Positions 57,407-64,000 of a stretch of 64,000 nucleotides of DNA are shown here, piece after piece. A model generated the notes under the pieces. It saw nothing but the letters and a program-made list of their open reading frames with translations. It was not told the origin of the DNA and ran no database searches. The stretch comes from an uncultured Balneolaceae bacterium. Its GTDB lineage: Bacteria; Bacteroidota; Rhodothermia; Balneolales; Balneolaceae. The position numbers and the translations under genes are program-made. The DNA lies in NCBI GenBank assembly GCA_964415185.1, contig CAYPZI010000004.1:340-64339 (forward strand), given 5' to 3'. Every line of letters starts with the position of its first letter. Position 1 is the stretch's first letter.

Positions 57407-57513
57407 CTCAAGTCACTGAACCTCCAAAAAACCTGTCTTATATTTAATTGAAGATGGTAATGCGGGAAAATCCTGCACTGCCGGTTCAGTTAAAATCTAA
57501 AAATTGGATTATC

Positions 57514-57729
57514 ATGAAAAAAAATATGGGTAATATCGACAAAGGATTAAGAATTCTCTTCGCCGTTCTCATCGGTGTTTTATATGCAACCGGAGTTATT
57601 AACGGGATAGCTGCCATTATCCTGGGCGTACTTTCTATAGTTTTCATTCTGACAAGTATGGTCAGTTTTTGTCCACTATATGCACCTTTTGGTTTATCAA
57701 CGCGGAAAAAAACTGAAGGCGCATCGTAA
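57514..57729 (+). CDS. DUF2892 (YgaP-like) small membrane protein
   Basis: Start chosen at MKKNMGNIDKGLRILFAV (the track ORF begins at 57448). GNIDxGLR, 2 TM and a CPLY motif. Confidence 0.75.
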   Translation: MKKNMGNIDKGLRILFAVLIGVLYATGVINGIAAIILGVLSIVFILTSMVSFCPLYAPFGLSTRKKTEGAS

Positions 57730-57795
57730 TTCCCTGTATCTGCCGAGGGGTTGCCGAAGCAGGTAAGGTTTTTTTTAAAAACTATTTAGAAATGG

Positions 57796-58605
57796 CTAAC
57801 CGGCAAAATCGTCACTTTCTGAAAAAGCCTGTTTCCAGAAAATGTAAACTCCCATCATCACTCCTTTCAGTATAAAAAAGGTAAACACAATCATAAGGCC
57901 GATATCCTGAAAAATAATGATGGCAAGCAGGTAAAACGTGAAGAGGATGAGCCGGCCTTTGTACAATTTAATAGACTGATTGTCGAACCTTGGGATTTTA
58001 TCGAACGGAACGGTGCTCACCATCAGAAATGAAAGGATGAGAACGATGGGTATTAAAAAAGCATTAATGCCCTGTTCAAAGCCCGTGAACCAGTCGAGCC
58101 TGTTTCTGAAGGTCAGAAAGAAGGCCACTATCATAACGGCCTGGGCGGGAGTTGGCAGCCCTTTAAAAAAAACACTTTCACCGAGTTTAGCCTCTATATT
58201 AAACCGTGCCAGCCGGACAGCTCCGCATAAAGGCGGCAGGGCACTTAATATCATGCCAAGCAGTGCCAATTCCTGGAATGCAAAATTGTAAATCAAGAAA
58301 CCGGGAGCTACCCCAAACGAAACAATATCGCTGATGGAATCAAGTTCAATACCGAATTCGCTTGTGGCATTGGCAAGACGTGCCATAAAACCGTCGAGGG
58401 CATCGAACAACCCGGCTACAACTATCAGCCAGGCACCGATTTCAAGTTTTCCTTCTGCTACCATCAGAATTGATAAGAAGCCGCTGAACAAGTTCATGAG
58501 GGTAAAGAAACTCGGAACAACAATTCTGGGAATCTGTTTTCGCTGATTCTTTTCCCGCCGGCGACGCTGCCTGAACTGTTGTATTTTTTGAATCGGATAT
58601 TTCAT
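57796..58605 (-). CDS. pssA: CDP-diacylglycerol-serine O-phosphatidyltransferase
   Basis: 269 aa. CDP-alcohol phosphatidyltransferase motif DALDGFMARLANATSEFGIELDSISD. Confidence 0.9.
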   Translation of the reverse strand: MKYPIQKIQQFRQRRRREKNQRKQIPRIVVPSFFTLMNLFSGFLSILMVAEGKLEIGAWLIVVAGLFDALDGFMARLANATSEFGIELDSISDIVSFGVAPGFLIYNFAFQELALLGMILSALPPLCGAVRLARFNIEAKLGESVFFKGLPTPAQAVMIVAFFLTFRNRLDWFTGFEQGINAFLIPIVLILSFLMVSTVPFDKIPRFDNQSIKLYKGRLILFTFYLLAIIIFQDIGLMIVFTFFILKGVMMGVYIFWKQAFSESDDFAG

Positions 58606-58606
58606 C

Positions 58607-59260
58607 TTACGGATTTAGAATTTCACCAATTACAGTCAAACCCGCTGTTGTCCTGTCACCCTCTTTAACATTGATCCTTACACTACCAGGCACAATGACA
58701 TCCATGCGGGAACCGAATTTCATAATACCGAATCGGTCACCGGCTTTCAAATCATCCCCTTCCCCGATATGGTAAACTATTCTTCTGGCCAGAAACCCCG
58801 TGATTTGTTTGAAGAGAAATTTTTTACCTGATGGATGCAATACACCGAAATGAGCCCTTTCATTTCTTTCGGATGCATGGTCTTCCCATGCCATCAGGTA
58901 ATCGCCGGGAAAATATTCAACATATTCAAGTTTACCGGTAACAGGAACGCGATTTACGTGTACATCAAGCGGAGAAAGAAAGATACTGATCCTGGTACCG
59001 CCCGTTCCCATATAGTCGACATTTTTTTCCTCCCTGATTTGAACAACCCTGCCATCGGCAGGTGAAAGCAGCAGGTTTTCATCATCCGGACCCTGACGTT
59101 CAGGATCGCGAAAAAAGAAAACCATCAACAGGCAGAGAAGGGTGAGGGTAACGTAAACAGGAACTGTGACCCAATTGTTAAATCCGGATACTGCCCAGGC
59201 CACAATGGCAGAAAAAATAAAAACAACTGCTATTGTTGAGTAACCTTCAGGTGCAATCAT
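58607..59260 (-). CDS. psd: Phosphatidylserine decarboxylase proenzyme (short form)
   Basis: 217 aa. Self-cleavage region MKFGSRMD. Adjacent to pssA. Confidence 0.9.
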   Translation of the reverse strand: MIAPEGYSTIAVVFIFSAIVAWAVSGFNNWVTVPVYVTLTLLCLLMVFFFRDPERQGPDDENLLLSPADGRVVQIREEKNVDYMGTGGTRISIFLSPLDVHVNRVPVTGKLEYVEYFPGDYLMAWEDHASERNERAHFGVLHPSGKKFLFKQITGFLARRIVYHIGEGDDLKAGDRFGIMKFGSRMDVIVPGSVRINVKEGDRTTAGLTVIGEILNP

Positions 59261-59267
59261 TCCTAAA

Positions 59268-60611
59268 TTAACCCCCGAAGGTGCGAAGTATATCGTTAAA
59301 GGTCACGAATATAAATATGCCGATAATGAGGATAAACCCGATTTGCTGTAGTGCCATTCTCACTTTTGCCGACGGTTCCTTTCGCGTAATACCCTCATAT
59401 ACAAGAAACATGAAGTGGCCGCCGTCAAGGGCAGGTATTGGCAGCATATTCATTATTGCCAGGGTAACACTTAAAAATGCCGTAATTTCCCAGAATCCTC
59501 TAATTCCGCCCGAGTCGGTAGCCTGTTTGGTAACGTTTGCAATTGCAACAGGCCCGCCAAGGTTTTCACGTACGGATATTTCACCCGTAAACAATTTTAC
59601 AAGGCCCTGGATAATTCCGGTAAAGGTATCAGATGTTCGGTTTACCCCGAGACCAACAGCAGAGGCAAAATTATGACTGATGCTCTCAGGCTGAAAATAC
59701 TGCATGGGATCAGCAATTTGAATTCCGATGGTTTGTGTTTCCGGGTCCGGTTTTACACTCAGTTCTACGGTTTCTCCTTCTCTGTTCACAACCAGGTTCA
59801 ATTGCCCGTCCGTATTTTGTATCTCATCAACAAGCTCCATCCAGTAACCGACCGGTTCACCATTGGCCGAAATAACTTCATCGCCTGCTTTCATTCCCGC
59901 TTCCCCGGCAGGCGAGCCCGGCTGAATCTGTCCTATTTTTGCCGGCATTGCATGCAATATGGTGAGGAAACCATCCCTGCTTACGCGGTCAAGAAAATCT
60001 GCCGGTGCCTGAATATTAACCAACCTGCCATCCCGCTCAACCATGAAAGTCAGGTTTCTTTCGGTAATTGCAGACATACTCATCAACTCATCAAAATATT
60101 GAACCCGTTCACCGTTTACGCCGACAATCCTGTCTCCTTTTTCAAATCCCATTTCACCGGCCAGCGATTCTTCGGGTACATATATACCCTCCACCCGTTC
60201 AACAGGAACAACCTGCTCGCCGTAGTGCATTGCCATCCCCGTGTAAATAAATGCTGCGAGGATCACATTAAAAATAACGCCGGCAGTTATTACAATGATT
60301 CTCTGCCATACCGGCTTGCTTCTGAACTCCCACGGTTTGGGTTCCTCTTCCAGAAATTCATCGTCCATGGTTTCATCGATCATGCCGGCTATCTTAACAT
60401 AACCACCGAGAGGCGTAGCCCCGAACACATATTCGGTTTCACCTTTCTGTATGCCAAAAACCTTGGGGGGAAATCCGATTGAAAATCGGTCAACCCTCAT
60501 CTTGAAAAACTTCGCGGCGAGGAAATGTCCGAGTTCATGGAAAAATACGAGTATGAATAGTGCAGCCGCAAAAATTGCTATGGTTGACAATAATCCTGTA
60601 ATCCAGTCCAT
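59268..60611 (-). CDS. rseP: RIP zinc metalloprotease RseP
   Basis: 447 aa. HELGHFLAA, PDZ domains, C-terminal LPIPALDGG. Confidence 0.94.
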   Translation of the reverse strand: MDWITGLLSTIAIFAAALFILVFFHELGHFLAAKFFKMRVDRFSIGFPPKVFGIQKGETEYVFGATPLGGYVKIAGMIDETMDDEFLEEEPKPWEFRSKPVWQRIIVITAGVIFNVILAAFIYTGMAMHYGEQVVPVERVEGIYVPEESLAGEMGFEKGDRIVGVNGERVQYFDELMSMSAITERNLTFMVERDGRLVNIQAPADFLDRVSRDGFLTILHAMPAKIGQIQPGSPAGEAGMKAGDEVISANGEPVGYWMELVDEIQNTDGQLNLVVNREGETVELSVKPDPETQTIGIQIADPMQYFQPESISHNFASAVGLGVNRTSDTFTGIIQGLVKLFTGEISVRENLGGPVAIANVTKQATDSGGIRGFWEITAFLSVTLAIMNMLPIPALDGGHFMFLVYEGITRKEPSAKVRMALQQIGFILIIGIFIFVTFNDILRTFGG

Positions 60612-60619
60612 TTAATTAT

Positions 60620-61768
60620 TTAAATTCTGTAAGCAAAATTTCTTGTTTCCTGATCTACCTCAAACAACGAATCAGGGGTCAAATCCGTATCCGGCGAGAT
60701 ACTTTCCAGTGATTTTAAAATCACGTCAATCATACTAATATAACCAATTTCTTTCTTTAAAAATCTTGCAACAGCGACTTCATTGGCAGCATTCAAAACA
60801 GCTGGTGCATAACCTCCTGATTCTCCTGCTTCTATCGCAATTTTTAATGACGGGAATTTTTCGTAATCCACCGGCTCGAATGCCAGGTTTATCGGTTTGG
60901 AGTAGTCAAGCAGCGGTGTTTTAAGGTCAATTCTTTCGGGATATGTTAAGGCATATAAAATCGGAACTTTCATATCGGGGATTCCCAGTTGCGCTTTTGA
61001 AGAACCATCGATAAACTCGATAATGGAATGAATAATGCTTTGCGGATGAACCACAGGCTCAATCCGGCTAAAAGGCACATCAAACAGCCAGTGGGCTTCA
61101 ATAATTTCGAGCCCCTTGTTCATCATTGTGGATGAATCAATGGTAATTTTGGCTCCCATATCCCAGTTCGGGTGTTTCAGGGCGTCCTCCACAGTTATGG
61201 TTTTGAGCGACTCAGGAGTATGATTTCTGAAGGGGCCTCCGCTGGCTGTTATGATGATTTTGTGAATCGTATCGGGGCTCTCGCCGGCCAGGCACTGCAG
61301 CATAGCCGAGTGTTCCGAATCAACCGGGATAAGGTTTCCCTGCCCCAGGCTTCCCACTTTCCGGATTAACTCCCCGCCCACAACCAGTGATTCCTTGTTT
61401 GCCAGTGCAACTTTTTTGCCTGCTTTAAGAGCTTCGTAGGTTGGGAAAAAACCGGCAAATCCGACCAGACTATTTAAAACGATATCTGAATTTTTGATAA
61501 GATCAGATTCAGCCAGATGATGCTTCCCAAATAGAAGGTTTTCAGGTTCGTAATCAAGAATGGCTCTTACATTGGCTGAAACCGATTCATCACACAGCAG
61601 TACTGTTTCCGGCCTGTATTTGTTGGCCTGTTCTGCAATCAATTTCCAGTTTGTGTTTGCAGTTAAAACCGTAACATCAAAAAGTGCCGGATGTTGATCA
61701 ATAATCTCAAGGGCTTGTGTGCCGATGGAGCCAGTTGAACCAAGTATTGCTATTTTCTGTCGCTGCAA
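60620..61768 (-). CDS. dxr: 1-deoxy-D-xylulose-5-phosphate reductoisomerase
   Basis: 382 aa, TTG start. ILGSTGSIGTQAL, LANKESLV, PVDSEHSA. Confidence 0.96.
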   Translation of the reverse strand: MQRQKIAILGSTGSIGTQALEIIDQHPALFDVTVLTANTNWKLIAEQANKYRPETVLLCDESVSANVRAILDYEPENLLFGKHHLAESDLIKNSDIVLNSLVGFAGFFPTYEALKAGKKVALANKESLVVGGELIRKVGSLGQGNLIPVDSEHSAMLQCLAGESPDTIHKIIITASGGPFRNHTPESLKTITVEDALKHPNWDMGAKITIDSSTMMNKGLEIIEAHWLFDVPFSRIEPVVHPQSIIHSIIEFIDGSSKAQLGIPDMKVPILYALTYPERIDLKTPLLDYSKPINLAFEPVDYEKFPSLKIAIEAGESGGYAPAVLNAANEVAVARFLKKEIGYISMIDVILKSLESISPDTDLTPDSLFEVDQETRNFAYRI

Positions 61769-61845
61769 AGCTGGTAGTTGCGATTTTTTAATTCGGGTTT
61801 ACTGCTCAATCAGGTAAAATAGAGAAAAGTGATATCAATTGAGCT

Positions 61846-62742
61846 TCAAATTTTATTCATTGCTACTTTATACATGAGTGCATGGGCCTCAACGGTTTGC
61901 AAAATCGTAGGTGCATAGCCGCCCGACAAAAGCAAAACAAGTGGAATTGATTTTTGTGTAATTGTTTCTATCACCATTTTTTCTCTTTCAAGCATACCCT
62001 TTAATGAAAGCGAAAGGCGCCCGAAGTGGTCGGTTTCAAGAGGGTCGATACCACCCAGGTAAAAAACGATATCGGGCTTGAACTCACTGAAAACCTCTCC
62101 AAGAGCTTTAACGAGCGTCTCAAGATATTGTTTGTCCCCTGTTTTATCGGGCAGACCGATGTCAAAATCAGAGGGCGGTTTCCGAAAGGGATAGTTTTTT
62201 TCTCCGTGAATAGAGAAGGTGTAAACATCAGGGTCATTTTGAAAATACCAGGCATTGCCATTTCCCTGATGCACATCACAATCCAGAATCAGGGCTTTAT
62301 TGATCCACTTCGACATCTTCAAAACCCTGATGGCTACAGCTACATCGTTAAATACACAGAATCCTTCACCATAGCCGGGCATGGCGTGATGAGTACCCCC
62401 TGCAAGGTTCCCTGCAATGCCATCCTGAAGTGCCATTAATCCCGCATTCAGTGTACCCCGCACGGCAAGACGGGAACGGATGGCAAGGCCTTTACTCCAA
62501 GGAAGCCCCATTCTTCTGACCGCTTTTCGGTCGAGCGTTCCATTCCAGACAGCTTCTGCATATTCCGGTGTATGCACGGTACACAAACCGGCAAAATCAA
62601 CGGGTTTCGGTTCAACAATGTTACTTTCACTAAGAATTCGCCTTGAGATCAGGTACCTGTATAAACCGGCAAATTTTTTCATCGGAAAGATATGGCCTTC
62701 CGGCAGAGGTGCCAGGTAGCCGGGCGAATAACTTACTCTCAC
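61846..62742 (-). CDS. Histone deacetylase-family (acetoin utilisation/acetylpolyamine amidohydrolase-like) protein
   Basis: 298 aa. GGTHHAMPGYGEGFCVFND and DCDVHQGNG motifs. Confidence 0.88.
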   Translation of the reverse strand: MRVSYSPGYLAPLPEGHIFPMKKFAGLYRYLISRRILSESNIVEPKPVDFAGLCTVHTPEYAEAVWNGTLDRKAVRRMGLPWSKGLAIRSRLAVRGTLNAGLMALQDGIAGNLAGGTHHAMPGYGEGFCVFNDVAVAIRVLKMSKWINKALILDCDVHQGNGNAWYFQNDPDVYTFSIHGEKNYPFRKPPSDFDIGLPDKTGDKQYLETLVKALGEVFSEFKPDIVFYLGGIDPLETDHFGRLSLSLKGMLEREKMVIETITQKSIPLVLLLSGGYAPTILQTVEAHALMYKVAMNKI

Positions 62743-62746
62743 AGGT

Positions 62747-63496
62747 TCAGGATTTTTTACGAAGTTTTATCAGTCCCAACATCCGGCCTGCGTTATTTCG
62801 TTCTCTGCGGTATGAATAGAAACGGGCGGAATCATTCATTGTACAATAAGGACTCACTTCAATATGGTTGCCTAACAACCCTTCTTCAAGTAACCGGTGC
62901 CTGATATATGATTTTAAATCGATATGGGGCTTATCATACGATTCATAATCGACAAACTGATCCGGAAACTTTTCTGCTACCTCTGTGCCGACCTCAAAAT
63001 TCTCTAAACTGATACACGGCGAAATGAATGCAATCATTCTGTCTCGCCTCGCACCCAGTTTTTTCATTTTTGAGACTGTTTGGGCTACAATCCCGGCGAG
63101 AGCGCCCCTCCACCCGGCATGTGCCGCACCGATGATACCGTATTCGGGGGCAGCAAGCAAAACAGCCGCACAGTCGGCTACCTGTATACCGAGAATCAAC
63201 CCCGGGCGATTTGTAACCAGTGCATCCGTATTCTCATAGATGCCCGGTTTTTTTACAAATTCCACATGATTGCCGTGAACCTGTCTCGCCAGCGTAAGCC
63301 GGCTGTAATCCCAATCCAGATGTTTAAAGAGTTTTTTGACATTTTCTTCAACAGCAGTCTGACCTTCTTCCGTATTGAGGCCAAGGTTTAAACCTGGAAC
63401 TTTAGTTCCTTTTCCGGAAATGTCTGTGTTCTTTTCTGTAAAACAGGCTTCCACATCTTTATGAGGTTTAAAAATGACCGGTTCAATCAAATTCAT
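62747..63496 (-). CDS. pgeF: Peptidoglycan editing factor PgeF / YfiH (laccase-domain protein)
   Basis: 249 aa. QVHG, VADCAAVLL, HAGWRG motifs. Confidence 0.9.
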   Translation of the reverse strand: MNLIEPVIFKPHKDVEACFTEKNTDISGKGTKVPGLNLGLNTEEGQTAVEENVKKLFKHLDWDYSRLTLARQVHGNHVEFVKKPGIYENTDALVTNRPGLILGIQVADCAAVLLAAPEYGIIGAAHAGWRGALAGIVAQTVSKMKKLGARRDRMIAFISPCISLENFEVGTEVAEKFPDQFVDYESYDKPHIDLKSYIRHRLLEEGLLGNHIEVSPYCTMNDSARFYSYRRERNNAGRMLGLIKLRKKS

Positions 63497-64000
63497 AATT
63501 TTGCCATATTTAATTTCATAAATTCATCTCTGATCAATTCCACAGGGAATGGCTTTCCGGTCCACAGCCTGAAAGCTTCACTCCCCTGCTGAATAAGCAT
63601 TTCGAGACCACCAATGGTTTCAGCACCTGCCCGGCCGGCCTGGAGCAAAAACGTTGTTTCTTTTGGGCGGTAAACAAGATCATAACAGATTTTACCATCG
63701 AGTGCGTACTCTTCACCTTTTCTTACAGGCGAACTGCCGGTATCCGGATGCATGCCAAGCGGTGTTGTATTTACGATAAGTGAAGCATCTTCCGCCCACG
63801 CTGTCCACTCTTCATAACCGGCAAAAATACAATCCGTAAATACCCCCTCCGGATTTTTGCCCTCAGGCCTGCGGCTGATCAGTATAATTTCACTGCAATT
63901 CAGGTTTTTCAATGCAAGCACCACAGCGTTCGAGGCACCTCCCGTCCCGAAAACAACGGCCCTGCTGTTACAAAGTTTATCTTTGTACTTCAGTAACGGC
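63493..64000 (-). CDS. aroE: Shikimate dehydrogenase, C-terminal part; the gene continues beyond the window end
   Basis: The frame stays open to the window edge. Upstream translation reads ..RAVVFGTGGASNAVVLALKNL (NADP-binding Gly motif) and NTTPLGM. ATGA overlap with pgeF. Confidence 0.85.
   Translation of the reverse strand, partial: PLLKYKDKLCNSRAVVFGTGGASNAVVLALKNLNCSEIILISRRPEGKNPEGVFTDCIFAGYEEWTAWAEDASLIVNTTPLGMHPDTGSSPVRKGEEYALDGKICYDLVYRPKETTFLLQAGRAGAETIGGLEMLIQQGSEAFRLWTGKPFPVELIRDEFMKLNMAKL

Noticed and set aside
57730-57795. Terminator between convergent DUF2892 and pssA genes (T8 run at about 57768..57777).
   Set aside because: I could not find a convincing GC stem immediately upstream of the T-run, only short interrupted pairings. 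It was therefore not called as a feature.
59673-60482. Long antisense ORFs inside well-supported genes: 269 aa opposite rseP, 249 aa at 55613..56362 opposite PBP1A, 152 aa at 1916..2374 opposite ftsH, and 101 aa at 52519..52824 across the ispB start.
   Set aside because: The products are rich in R/C/H/F with no recognisable motifs. The opposite strand carries unambiguous conserved genes. These are typical shadow ORFs.
1-64000. Search for tRNA, rRNA, tmRNA, RNase P RNA, CRISPR arrays, IS elements, prophage or defence islands.
   Set aside because: I saw no GGTTCGAATCC-type T-arm motifs, rRNA-like stretches, regularly spaced repeats, transposase/integrase-like ORFs or compositional breaks. Every ORF over 200 aa has a housekeeping-type assignment except the 1152-aa outer-membrane protein.

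Overview
This is a dense, almost entirely housekeeping chromosomal segment. Gene content and synteny suggest an FCB-group bacterium, possibly Balneolales/Rhodothermales-like: parA-parB-DUF5683, ExbB/ExbD clusters, a CarboxypepD_reg-type TonB-dependent receptor, and pcd embedded in a nuoLMN cluster. I call about 70 CDS. They include ftsH, thiL, exbB-exbD-exbD, a 1152-aa predicted outer-membrane protein, and rpsF-rpsR-rplI. A nuoL-nuoM-pcd-nuoN cluster sits divergent from an 11-gene Mrp/Mbh-type antiporter cluster. The rest includes parAB, an ECF sigma/anti-sigma pair, uvrC, thyA-folA, mgtE, the yceD-rpmF-plsX-fabHDG-acpP-fabF-rnc lipid operon, pgi-pfkA, ispB, PBP1A, pssA-psd-rseP-dxr, pgeF and aroE. 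I found no tRNA, rRNA, CRISPR array, transposase, integrase, phage gene or recognisable defence gene, so this does not read as an accessory island. Two families of structured intergenic repeats are not explained by the gene list. Family A is a 15-bp perfect inverted repeat around a 49-nt spacer. It has three copies, two of them 100% identical over 103 nt in opposite orientation 52 kb apart, and the third carries a compensatory base-pair change. Family B is a nested-helix element of about 100 nt with two copies. Both families are associated with a recurring TAGTGTCRTGTCAA / tandem-TGTCA module at gene ends. These repeats are the best candidates here for something undescribed. The conservative reading is a REP/MITE-like or terminator/insulator element, or a small RNA. 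Secondary oddities are the Mbh-ordered Mrp cluster without a classical MrpA placed back-to-back with an orphan nuoLMN cluster, a PAS-HisKA-REC protein with no ATPase domain, an outer-membrane protein whose signal peptide lies upstream of any canonical start codon, and a small Gly-rich membrane protein inside the exbB-exbD operon. All functional calls rest on motifs read by eye; no database search was possible.
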